Source: Magallana gigas
Taxonomy: Eukaryota
Reading direction: 5' to 3'
Assembly (NCBI RefSeq): GCF_963853765.1
Contig: NC_088854.1
Location: 34,534,001-34,598,000, forward strand
Length of the DNA stretch: 64,000 bases
The position numbers and the translations under genes were made by a program. Within the stretch, counting starts at the first letter, position 1. Each line of letters begins with the position of its first letter. Below are positions 10,101-23,000 of the stretch, one piece after another. The notes beneath the pieces were generated by a model. The model made no database searches. It was not told where the DNA came from and saw only the letters and a list, made by a program, of their open reading frames with translations.

Positions 10101-12703
10101 TAATTAAGTATATATTTATATACTTCATAAACTGGCAAATGTATAATTATCATGCATACAAATTGTACCTTGTCATCTTTGAACACTCCGACATATTTAT
10201 GATTTGCATGAATAAGTTCACCATGCCCCTCTCGTTTCCCAATTTGCCATCGGCCTACATATTTTGTGCCAGTGGCAGCATATGTGTAGGTTCCCTGGCC
10301 ATGTCGCTGATGATCCTTCCATTCTCCTTCATATGTGTCACCATTTACATAGGAGTATTTACCAAATCCACATCTTTGATCATCTACCCAGCTTCCTAGA
10401 AGAAATGATCAGGAATAAGAAATAATACATATATACCGCTAATATTAAATCATAATTGGGATAGAAAATCTAATGCAGAATCTTTTAGATATAATTTTTC
10501 TCACAAAAATTAAGGCTTTTCCTAGCTAGGGCACATCATGGAATATGCCAACAGAGCAACTGCTATTCATAATGCCATGTTCACTAAATACTGTTGTTTA
10601 TTTCTTAATTAATACAGTATACTGCACACTGCATGTGAAAATAGATCGTACATACCTTCATATTTTGAGCCATCTGGATAAATAAATGTTCCTTGACCAT
10701 GTTTTCTGTTTTTCAAATACTCTCCGATGTATCTTGCACCATTTTTAAATCTGAATCCAAAAAAGGTAGTAAATTAAAAACAAAAAATCTTGTGGAAGTG
10801 CATGCATGAGTTGTATAATGAGTTGTAAGCCTAATGGTAACCAGGAAAAGACACAAGTTGGAATTAAAAATCATAATTATAATCACAAATCATGAAAACT
10901 TCTTTTACCCCATTTTTAAATATTGTTTTGATGTGTAAATCCATAATTGTTTGGTTTTTTATGCAAAAGAATGTGACATCATTTCAATAGAAACCATAAT
11001 GATCATAGCTGCAGTGTAATATACAATATATTTTTTCACATGGATATCTGTGACTGGAAACCACCGAAGATAAATATATATAACAATCAAGAAATAAGGA
11101 TCTAGATTCCACTGTGACCTTTGGAGTTTAGCAGATAATCCCAAATTTCTATAATTCCTTAGAGATATGGAATTATAAGCATGTGTTCTAACTTAAAATA
11201 ACAGGAAAAAAATCAACTTCAAATTAACTTGATTGAAGATGTTTTAAAGGAAAATTAACACTGTGTTTTTTCAATCATTTATCAATAAAAAAGATATCAA
11301 ATGAATATCAAAGTATGTATTAAGCAAAGTGATGCAAAAACATCTTGCGACATCAAGAATAAATTAAAGAACATAAATGTCATAACAATTAAGTAAAAAT
11401 CTTGTTCATTTTACCTGTATACACCTTGACCGTGTCGTTTCCCACAGTCATACATTCCTTCATATGTATCTGTATTTGGTAATGTTGCTTTTCCATGGCC
11501 ATGCCTTTCTTCATTTTCATTGCGCCCTCCTTCATATTCCTATTTATAAAGATGAATGAGACATAATCAGTATGATTTGAAAAATTACATTTTTAAAGTG
11601 AGTGTTTAAAGGTGATAATTTGTACAAGTTAACCTCCTGTATACTGGTAGTTACAGAAACAATAATCTGAATGAGATTGACTATTCTGCTGGAAATCTTA
11701 TTAATATATACATGCAGTCTATATAAGCTAGCTGTCCCAAGTTAATTTCACTTTCTGTCATACTTCGCTTTTAATGAAATTATGCATACCTGTCAAAGAA
11801 ATACAATATATTGAAATTGATGAAAGGGAAAAAAATTAAGATTCCTTGATAAAACACATCGTCTCCTTTCATCTAGCTGAAGGTCTAATATAGCTCCCAG
11901 GTTGTCCGTCTGAATGTTTTCAGACCAAAAGTTACAGACCTGCAGCTATCAGATAATATCAAAGGAACAAAAACCTATTTATTATGGAGATTCAATTATA
12001 ATGGAAAAACCTGACATCTTCCATCATTTGCACAATTTTTCATTGTCTTTCATATGTCTGTTTCAAAATCCCCGTCAACTTTATATTTAGCTGTGTATGA
12101 AAAATCTTGGGATTTTTTATAGTATTGAGAGAACATTGTTTGAAAACTGAGGTATTAATATAAATATGGGGTAACAAAATGTACAACATTAATATCTTTT
12201 GACAGAATATTATGCTGGCTATTTTAATTTAATTCAAACAAACTACTCTTAATTAACAGATTTAGGATACTTTGCTTTTAAGATATGTTATAGGTCTATT
12301 GATTTCATACAATTTCAACACAAATAACAACTTAAAACTGACTAAAAAGAAGTTAACAACTAAACATTCTACAAATATTACTGTACCAACAATATTAATT
12401 AGGCCTAATCATATTACTGTGTACATTGTATAGTATAATATATACCTTGTAATAATTTGCTTCCTTTTACTCTACTAGTATTAAAGTTAATTTACTAAAT
12501 TAATATTCTAATATTTTTCATTCAGTCTAACGTTACAGATATATGATTGTATGGGCAATATACACGCATGAGCATTCTGCAAGATTTGAAGTTGCGATAC
12601 GCTCTGTGTACTTGTTTAAAAAGAAAAATAAGACGCTAGTAATAAATACCCCAAGGTATGGACCCTGATCTTCTTCACCCTCTTCAGAACCAAAATCAGA
12701 CAT
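7195..12703 (-). CDS. RSPH1: Radial spoke head 1 homolog (MORN-repeat axonemal protein), 7 coding exons, 311 aa
   Basis: Exons 12703-12650, 11539-11415, 10750-10656, 10395-10169, 9949-9878, 8858-8717, 7415-7195. All introns are GT-AG with matching phases; 936 nt total. Protein [50 protein letters not shown] repeats..[21 protein letters not shown] plus an acidic tail closely parallels vertebrate RSPH1 as recalled. Confidence 0.96.
8045..8630. repeat. Inverted pair of ~110-bp repeats in RSPH1 intron 6
   Basis: 8045-8150 (GCAGAACTGT..GGAAATTCAGGTTGACGGAC..GCTACAGTTTCAT) matches the reverse complement of ~8505-8630. Confidence 0.65.
9020..9690. repeat. Long-hairpin interspersed repeat, family H2, two tandem copies (RSPH1 intron 5)
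   Basis: Copy 1 (~9020-9395) ends in a 143-bp near-perfect palindrome (9249-9391, loop TCCGCTTCGCGTC). Degenerate copy 2 spans ~9400-9690. Confidence 0.75.
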
Positions 12704-12757
12704 CTTTTTCTTCTGTGGTGTTTATCACAACTAAATTCGCAAGTGTATGGCGGCCTT

Positions 12758-12856
12758 TGTAAACAACGGTTGCCAAGCACGCAGGCGTGTACGATCACGA
12801 TCGAATCTTCGGAACTCTCCGTTCGGGTGTCCTTTGTGTATTTCTCTGTTGCCACG
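12758..12856 (-). promoter_or_regulatory. RSPH1 proximal promoter/5' region with forkhead and RFX X-box-like motifs
   Basis: TGTAAACA (12758-12765), GTTGCCAAGCAC (12769-12780) and GTTGCCACG (12848-12856) lie 55-155 nt upstream of the ATG. FOXJ1 and RFX are established regulators of motile-cilia genes. Confidence 0.5.
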
Positions 12857-13018
12857 CGCATACAAGTAAATAGCTTTCCAAAAATTTTAAGCTTGCCTGA
12901 CTAACGTTAAACAAAATTGTTCAATGGAAAGATGCATGTATCAATTAAGCTATCTTATAAGAAATTAAATTTACTTTTCGCTGCTGTTCATATTATTTTC
13001 ATAACCATGCATGATAAC

Positions 13019-13330
13019 ATGGCGTCGGAACTCGGAAGTCGGAAATTTGAAAGGGAGGGGGGGGGGATATAGACTAACGTTAATCGTCAGAAATCTTGAC
13101 AAGCAAAATTAAAAAATTTAGTATGCCTATAACTCAAAAAAATCTAGTCTTCCAAAATTTTTTTTCTCTAAAACCATGAAATTCCTTATCCGTGGGGGTG
13201 GGGGCTAATATATCTATGACTCTACATTCTCAATATCAATATTATAAAAAAAAATAATATATCAATTTTTAAAGGTAAATTAGTAACAGTTATGTTTGCT
13301 CGATAAAAAGTGGGGGACAGAAACTCTTTG
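13019..13330. mobile_element. GC/poly-G-ended MITE-like repeat fragment
   Basis: CATGGCGTCGGAA.. start, poly-G tract and AAAAAGTGGGGG end. Related ends occur at ~13950-13987, 32484-32655 and 35690-36028. Confidence 0.4.
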
Positions 13331-14044
13331 TCATCTTTTCTGGGAATGTGAATATGTAAGTGAAATCTGGGATAACTACTAGTTTGGATGAAGGAAGAAT
13401 TTGAATTAGATATACCACTGAACAGAATTGATGTGATATTGGGTAAATACTACAAATATTATAACAATTTCAATATAATAATATGTATTGTCAAGAGACA
13501 TATATATAGAAAAAGGAGTGGAAAAGAATTGCCCTCCTTTATTGGACTCAAAAGTGAAATACTTTATTATTACAAATGTGAAAAATTTATTTACACGAAA
13601 AATTGTGAATTAGAAAAATTTTATGGAAGATGGGCGAGGCTGTCCTTTAATAATGATTGTTGATTTTCAGCCTTTTGCCCCATGATCTTAGATATTACAA
13701 AGTACTTTATGTTTGTTTCATTGTAAAATGCTGATTTTTTGTACTTGATTTTGATGTAGAGAAATGTGAATATACATGCAACTGAATGAGTGGGCGTATG
13801 CATGAAGCTATTTGTAAAAATACCCTGTATCAAAATATATTTAGTTTATATATAATCATGTCAACTTATAGATTCCAAGGCTCCCAAACCTCGGCTATAA
13901 GAATACTTTTACATGTTCAGGGGTAATAAAAACAGTTGTTCAAAAAAAAAAGTGGGGGTCTGACCCCTCCCTGATGCTATGTGCCTGATGGTTAGGTGTA
14001 ACTTTGCAAAAAAAAAAACAAAAAACAAAAAAAGGGGTGGGGAA

Positions 14045-15800
14045 ATTTTTTTTCAAAGTGCGTTAAATTTTGGACCAAGTTAACCCACTTTGAAAATTTT
14101 TTTTCAAAGTGCGTTATGAAGGTACATCAAAATTTTTTAGTATCGACACTCTTAACGCAGTTTGAAAAAATATTTTTATATCACAAATTCTGGAACTGAA
14201 TTTCTATTTGTTGATAGTATGATGACTTGTTAACACTCGTGAAATTAATTTACCGTAGTTAGAACGGGGAGGGGGATGGGGAGAGAGTTAAGCAAAGATA
14301 CAGGTCAAATACCAGTGCATCATTTAATTGATTACAAGAAGAAGGTTCCCTACCCCTCATTTTTATTTCCAAAACATATGATATTAAGCAACTTTTGGTA
14401 AACATTTAAGATCGGAAAAAATATGCTCTGTATAAGTACATGCAGTGTTAATGAAAAAACGAGCTGGCCGAACAATAATTTCTCCATAATGGTATGTTAA
14501 AGAATCTATGTGTTTCAATCAAATGACTCACTCCAATAAAATAATATTAACATTAACGAACATTAAATTTTCATAAACTTAAAAATAAGCTTTAGAATGT
14601 GGGTTAATTTTCTCGCTCTGGTCTTCTAAAAGACCATATTGTTTTTTATAAACAGAACTATGGTATCCTTTTTCACATCATATTTGCAATAAGCCAGTTG
14701 AAATATATTATACATTGATCTCCATCATTCATATCTATAAATCATATTCGTTCTGGCATAGCCCAATATACTAGATAAGAAGTAAATTTACTGCATACTC
14801 AAAAAGGAAAATGCAGTTGCTTAGCGATGAAGTTTATGTCATATTTGGATAATTCAAAACTCCCGAATTTTTTTCTGTGTAAATTGTCGATATTGTCTTA
14901 TGAGAAAAGAAACAAATTCACATCTAGAAACTGTTTATCAAGTTAGCTAAGAATGCAATTGGTTCTTTTTTAAATAAAAAGCTAAACAAGGTTAAAACAA
15001 TCATTTAATGTGTATTATACTATCAACTATTTTCACTAAACCCTGAACATTTTTTTTCAAGGTGCGTTAATATCGACGATATCAACGCACTTTGAAAAAA
15101 AATAAAATAATTTTCAAAGTGCGTTGACTTGGTCCCAAAATTAACGCACTTCGAAAAATTTTTTCAAAGTGCGTAATTTTTTAAATTACTTATTTTGATG
15201 TTTATAATTTAATCTTTGTTTATGCAATTTTTTTTTTATATTGAAGTGATTTATTTGATTAGAATATAAAAAGAGGGTTAATGTTGAAACAGTTATAGAT
15301 TCTTTAACATACCTATGGAGAAATCATTGTTTTGCCAGCTCGTTTTTTCAATATCACTGCATTTACTTAATTTACAACACAGCATATTTCTTTTTCCGAT
15401 CTTAAATGTTGCTGAAAATCATATGTTTTAGAAGAGAAAATGAGGAATAGGGGACCTTCTTCGTCTGATCAATTAAATGATGTACTGGTAATTGGCCTGT
15501 ATCTTTGGTTAACCGCCCGCCCCCCCCCCCCCCCCCATCCCCATCCCCGTTCTCAAATACGATAAATTAGATTCACTAGTGTTAACAAATCATCATATTA
15601 TCTGCAAATTAGAAATTAAATTCGAGAATTTGTGATTTATACATATTTTTTAAAAGTGCGTTAAGAGTCTCGATACTAAATAATGTTGATGTACCTTCTT
15701 AACGTACTTTGAAAAAAAATTTTAAAATGGGTTAACTTGGTCCCAAATTGAACGCTTTTTGAAATTTTTTTTCAAAGTGCTTATTTTTTTTCAAAGTGCA
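14045..15800. mobile_element. Foldback-type element with ~550-bp imperfect inverted arms
   Basis: 14046-~14600 aligns to the reverse complement of ~15240-15770. About 10 copies of a TTTCAAAGTGCGTTAA-like motif lie at the ends and centre. Confidence 0.7.
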
Positions 15801-16204
15801 ATGTCACACACCTTACATGTGTATATGCAATATTCTGCGAAAAAAAATGATAAAGTTGAACATTCAACAGCTAGTATTTTTTGTTTTTTGTTTTTATAAA
15901 TTGTCAAAAATTAAAATCCAAGTGATATGCACTTTCCTGATATATGTACAAAACAACAACTTCTTATATCTTGAAAACTATAGGAGGAGTTATCCATACA
16001 ATAGGGATACCCCTCTCCCCCCGGCCCAACCGCCATCTTCACCATTTCAATAACCGATTTTTTTCTTTGGAAAACCCAGTTAAAAAAGGTTTACAACTGC
16101 TGATAAACAGAGACTACAAGATCAATTCATTCAGAACTGACAGGCTGATATAAATAATTCACCAAAGGGACATGATTTTTCAAAGTTATTAATCAAATTT
16201 TCAA

Positions 16205-16609
16205 ATCAAAGTTTGGATATATGAAAAATATTTAGATACATGTATTTTACCGCTGAAATTTGGAAAAAAAATTCTTGCAAAATTTCGTACTTCAAATCAT
16301 CACCTACCAGTTGAACTGGGAAGATGGGAAAGCATCCATTAATTGAAAGATTTTGCTATCTCTGTTAGACATAGCTGTTGAATTCAATATTGTTTTAGAA
16401 TGCAGTGCAATATCACAAGTCAGGAACAAATTAGATAAAACGCTTCCGAGTAGACCTAATATGCTTAAGTTTTCGGACCTGATGACAATATGTGATGTAA
16501 AATTATAGAGAAAACTATCTATGTTTATCACAGAAATATACGAGGTAGTATGTCCTCCATGAGTTTCAGCGGATATAACTTTTCCAACTTTTATTACCCT
16601 TATCAATAT

Positions 16610-16698
<89 letters not shown>

Positions 16699-16790
16699 GG
16701 ACTTTTGTAGCTCTGACTAAATCTATATACATTGTAATGTTATATAATCTGTCCTCGTTAATTATTTGTTAGAATGGTGTTGAGAGAAAT
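16205..16790 (+). mobile_element. 5'-truncated LINE: ORF2 C-terminus plus 3' UTR (RTE-X or L2/CR1-like)
   Basis: Plus frame EKYLDTCILPLKFGKKILAKFRTSNHHLPVELGRW, followed by a frameshifted remnant of the C-terminal Cys/His region. This matches the recalled FRxSNHxLPIExGRW signature of LINE ORF2 ends. Confidence 0.75.
16613..16693. repeat. (TA)n microsatellite
   Basis: ~40 perfect AT units; they explain the YIYIYI run of ORF 16304-16732. Confidence 0.95.
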
Positions 16791-17205
16791 TGAACTGATG
16801 ATACCCCGGAATACTTAGTATATTACTGCAGCTGCAAAGGAGTTACTAATATGCAAGTACACTGTACGCTGGGTATTAAAATAAAATATTGACTTTAGCT
16901 GGACAGCAGCTTAAGGGTTATAGCAATTAATTAAAGTCCTCACTGTAGGTTGACATCGGACATTTGTGATTACATGTAATACCTATGTAAAGCTAGTTCT
17001 TTACTCCCTCTACATTTAAACGCTGCTGCGATTAGTCCTTTAATCTACATTAATCTACTTAATCAGTAAACAGTATGAAAGGATATCACAACGAGAAACA
17101 GAATTTCAATTCAAGTCCGGTTTTGATTAACAGACTGACCCCACTAAAAAGCTACTAAGAAATTTGTACCGATATTTCTTGATTTGATGAGATTCAGGCA
17201 ATATA

Positions 17206-19964
17206 ATGATAATCTGGAGTTTGATCTTTGTTTTGTGGAACGCACGAGGTTCAAGTAAGTATTCATATTGACAACAGTGATTATCAAAAACTCTTTATAA
17301 AAATTGACAAAATACGAAAATGTAAATTAAAAATCTCAAGAAAACAACAATATATAGAATATTACAGATCTTGTCTATCACTTTCGTCAGGAAAAGGTGT
17401 TAAACTCCTCTGTAAAGAGTGAATCAAATGAATTCGTCCTGAAGGCACAGGGATCGAGTTCCACGGTGCCACAGAATCTTATATATTAAAAATGTTCTGT
17501 GTCACCTTAATGCACTATATTATCGGGGCTCTGAATATCGTGGTTTCATGTTAACTCTGTTGTGAACGATGACTAAATTTTAGCTCACCTGAGCCAAAGG
17601 CTCACATTAAAAAGATTTTATTTTTTACATAAGCAAAGTTTCAATAGCAATTTTAAGTAAAATTAAATACAGTGCATATATGTGATCACCGTGTGGGAAC
17701 GTATAGTGTATTACCTTACACAAAGTCTTTAAGAAGGATAGGTGGTCAACAATTCAACCATCAGATCTGCCTTAAACTGATATTTTAGCTTTCAAATTTA
17801 TCAGGTTTTTTTTTTATCTTTACATAGAGCTTTTTTTTTATTAGTAGATTTAAATAGTCTAAAAATGGCCACGGCCATTCTGCCGTCCTAACATTTCGAT
17901 TCAAGGTTCCTCGATACACAGATATTTTGTTTGATGGATCTTTTTTGAAATATGATTTGACAAAACAGAGACTAATATCGGCTTTTATGCACGGTCATTT
18001 CATGCATATCTTTTACAATTTTATGCTACATTATGGAATGCGATATCAATGATAAATGTATGCTATGAGATTTTAATGCAGTGCTATGAGATTTATATGC
18101 TATGAGAAATTGAAATAAAGAGTTTAATGATAGGGTATGCTATGCTATACTATGATATGCAGTGAGATTTGTACAAAATGTCTTTGTATACAGAAAAGTT
18201 TCAAACATTTCAAAGTAAGAAGATAATAAGGCAATGTTTACCACTAATATGCAATGTGAACATTTATTCTATAAAATAAGAGCATTTAAAATCGATTAAA
18301 AATAATGTTTACTGCTATGCTATGGTATTCTATGGTATGATATGATATGACAAATGAGAATCTATGAGATTGTATGCTATGGTATGACATTCCAATGCTA
18401 TAGTATGAGATTTAAAGGCAATGCTATGCTATGGTGTATATTGTAAAAGGTGTGCTTAAACTGACAGTAATATTGTTGATCTGGCTGGGACTATCAAGAA
18501 CATTTCACATGTTTGAGTGAATATTGTTAATTTATTTTGACAATAAATGCTGTATGAATTATTTCACGTGAAGTTTTTATGTATACAGAGGCGTTTTGTA
18601 CAAATCTCATAGCATAAGATACCATACCATAGCATACCATATCATTATGCTCTTCATTTCAATTCTTCATAGCATATAAATCTCAAAAAATCAACTTGTC
18701 AAAAAATCTGTAATTTTGTGGAAGCATCTTTGAGTCATGAAGACGAAAGTTCGTTCAAATCATAATCCCTTGGGTTAGGGAAAGGCTACAATGCGGGGTT
18801 GAATTTTTAGAAAGTAGTATTTAAAAAAATCTGTAAAAAAATCTTCTCAAAAACTGTTTGGACAGAAAATCTTAACTTGTGTGGAATCATCCTCTGGTAC
18901 AATAAAGGGTTTATTCAAGTTTGTTAAAATCATGAGCCCTAGGGTAGGGTGGAGCCATAATGGGGTGTCAATTTTTTAAATAGGAATAATATATAGAGAC
19001 AACTCTTTTAAAATTCTTTTAAAATTCTTCTCATGAAACCATTCGGCCAGAAAGTCTGTTACTTGTGTGGAAGCATCCTCAGATAGTGAAGATTACAATT
19101 TGTTCAAATCATGATCCCTGGGGTAAGGTGGGGCCACAATGGGGGCGGGGTCGATTTTTATTTTTTACATAAGAATACATGTACATTAATAAAATTTAAA
19201 AAACAATTGCTTCTTATAAACCAATTAGCCAGAACATCTATAACTGGTGTAGAAGCATCCTCGGGTAATGATCAAATCATGATCCCTTGGGTTACAGTGG
19301 GGCCACAATGGGGGGGGGGGGGGTTAAAAAATTTTCGGTGAAAAAAACTTCTAATTTTTTTTCAAACACAAAAATATCAAAAGAAGGAATAGTAATTTAA
19401 TAAAAAAGTTAAATCTTAATAAACAAGATACTCTGCGAAGCTATTTAGATATTTTATATTCGATACTTTTAAGACAGTCTTAAGGCTATTCTGATCTGTT
19501 ATGGCTATTGTTGCTCAGGTGAGCGCTGTGGCCCCTGGGCTTCTTGTTGTTCTGAACGACCTTATTAGAGTTAAAATGTATATGATATTCATATGATACT
19601 GCAAAATAAGCAGTAAACACGACACATGGTTTTAAATATTGTTCTACTTGTTACAGGCTGTTGTATCTTCCCCGTTAAGGGGACTTGGGACACCAGCGAC
19701 CATGGATTAGTTACATTTTCAGATACTGTAGTCAATGGATTTCGTAGCATTTTTTTCGGAACATCAGATTATACATGTGTTACCAACATTGATGAGAGAT
19801 ACATGGCTAGGTATGTCAACAGAGAGAGAGAGAGAGAGAGAGAGTTTTGCAGTTGCGGATCTAAAAATTTCCCCAATACGATGGGGTTGGGTTGAGGTTA
19901 AGTGTAAATACTAGATAACTATTATTATCTGTATATTTATTCTTTTTACCACTTATAAAGATAA

Positions 19965-20026
<62 letters not shown>

Positions 20027-23000
20027 CTAATGTTTGACCTAATGTTTTTTTAAAAGATGAATAAATCGAAACTGATGTTTATTGCAGATCTTCAAAATTT
20101 ATTCTACATGGTGTTGAATTTGAAGTATATCTTTGTTTACGTTTGATCTACGTAACAGCGAACAAATATAAATATCATTTGGCAACTGGTGAGTTTTTTT
20201 AATATTGTTCCTCAACTGTATCACATTGCTACATTTTATCAACTTCTCTTTAACAATAACATATAAATGTCTTTTATGTCTTCCTTTCTGTTAAGTAATT
20301 CAACAACAAAAAATTCAACTGCCACCCTCATCTCTTACGTAAATGAATTGTACGAATTCATTGAATAGATCTAGAAGAAGGTTTGCAACTCTTTTAAAAT
20401 AATGTTCACCTTTGAATAGCGTTTTCTAAATTTCTGGAAAAAAAGATTTTGTCTACCTAATAGAAAAAAAAATCATTTATAAATATTAGAGAATTAGATT
20501 CGAATAAGGTGTAAAATTGAGCGGCTTTTTTTTTTTTGTATTCAGATGAGAATCAGAATGCTGGCAACGAAAGATTGAAATCAGCCGCTTCTAATGCTCC
20601 TCTAACGTTTTCCGATGTCTGTGATAGAACTTTATTTGAAACTGGTTCATACAGCATGATGCTAAGATCAGGTATATAATCAAATAAATCATATATCTTT
20701 TCTTCACAGTTGTAATTATATACTTTGTAAATTGAATCAATGTTTTATACGAACAATTGTGAATGTCATGTCTGATTAATCTCCTTCTTTCTCCTTACAC
20801 TCATCGAGTGTAAGGAGAATGTCTAATGAATATCTCTTACGCGTTGTTTTTTTTTGGTGATTGAAGGGACCGTCCTTTCTGAAATGGTAGAATGTCCGAC
20901 AGATATCATAGCAAAGTGGAACTACGTAGTGACTGACTCCAATGGAAACAGTTACTGCACTGTGAATTCCTCCTTAGACATCTGTCAGAATACCACTCTC
21001 ATCTTTAACACTTCTGAATGCTCTGGAAACTTACTGCATTCAGGTAACCTAGTATATCCAAAATATAACGTTAGATATTTTGATTTTCTTGCTTGTATAT
21101 ACAATTTATTCAAGCAATACGACATGCCTTTTTATGACTGAAAGTTTAACTAAATGTCAAAACCAAATGTCAAAAATAATCTCACTTAGTTTCTGTTAAC
21201 TCAAAATTATTAAGGCATGTAGCAATAAGGGAGGCGTTGCTGAGCTCCAATTTATGTTGGAAGGCAGCATTTATTTAAAATTCACATATAGCAAAATAAA
21301 ATTTGAACGGAAAGAACTGAGCCCCAACTTTTAGCAGCACATGTACAGAAAACTTTTACAAAAAATTACAAAAAACTAATAACATTGATCAGATTTTTAT
21401 GAGGCCATATCCATTCCCCGTAGAATAATATCCCTACCGGGTATTTTGAGATCGTACTAATTGCTGGAAATCATTCATATGATCCCTTTTTGTGTCATAA
21501 CAAAATGCTCTGGTTTACATTAATTTTTTAGCATATCCAAAATATATGGATCCAATTTACTATTACCTTATCTGAAAAATTAGGAAATAAAAGAATTTAT
21601 CATGTATTGTATGTAAAACCTTCAATATTTTATGATAAAGCTAGAAAGAAACTTTTGCAGATAGAAGCAATTTAATATAATTATTTTTGTTACAAACCTA
21701 TACAATAAAGCGCTATTCTAAACGAAAAAGCACCGCTTCAATATGTTTTCTAATACGAAATGACAATGAATATAACTATATATCATTTTCATATATATTT
21801 AGTATTTCTAATTGTATGCTCCGATGGTAAAATTTTGCTTTTATTATTCACTATGTTTATTTTTCTTCATATTAAGATCAAACAAACAGCAGAAAGATTC
21901 TTTAAAATACTATAAACGTATTATCTTTGGCGTGTACGATATTTGGCGGAAATTAGTTTTTGAACAGGTTGGCGTGGATTTGAATTAGCGTATTCCTGAA
22001 TGTGACTATTCTTACGCATTTATGCATGGCATTTAGCGATGTACTTGATTTAGCGGAAGCCGCATTCCGCCAAAAGCGCTAAATAGAATACACAGCCAAA
22101 TGTAGTACGTTTACAGTATATGGTAAAATTAATAGCAGAGGGGCATTACAACTTAGTGCTAGAATATAAGGTTTTAAATCATTTCGAAACAAAATCACAG
22201 TATTAAAACATGTGTTTGCTTAATATTCCATGATCTTACACACATGTATCTTTCTTCTTATAAAACTTGACGCTTTGAAGTTTCTTACAATTAGGGTCTA
22301 ATGTTCATATGAATGCATAATTAGATCCATTTAAATAAGACCTTGGACTTTCGATATGACTTAAATATCTATTTCTTGCACCAAAACAAGTCAAAGACTT
22401 GCAAGTCAATAACAAGCTGGTTTCGAGTGAAATATGCATAGATTGCGTAGTCATAACTCAAAAGCCAGACAAATCTTGTTGAATTCAAAGAACCATGGCT
22501 GAGTGACCAGCAATGAAATACGTCACATTGCTTTTTACCCAACTACCCAAAGTCTAAGCTCTTGTTAAAATGGTTCTATCATAAACGCAAGTTTTTGCAT
22601 TCGTAAATTAACAATAGCTTTGAAAAAAAACTATTATCTGTAAACATTTATCTTTCAGTTGATGGTTCCTTCCATTGCATATATACTACCCAGGTTACGA
22701 CTTCTTCCTATTACATAACAACGTACAACGCTGACACCGTCACTCCCAACGAAAACACAACGTTCCGTTTCTCCTGTCTGGTAAGTACATTAACTCTCCT
22801 CCTTTTCAATGAATACAACAAACGTAGTGCCTTTAAAAATGTGTTCTAAAAGTATACATGTATTTGAAATGAACAAGATTTAAAGTTTTAACACAACCCG
22901 AGTTATGCTCCCACAAACAAGACAATGCCAACCAAAAATTCAAAAACAAAAACAAAAAAAGAAGCACATAGATACCTTAATTAGTTTGTTTTATATGCAT

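Noticed and set aside
16304-16732. 142-aa minus-strand ORF
   Set aside because: Artefact of a (TA)n microsatellite plus the antisense strand of a LINE fragment.
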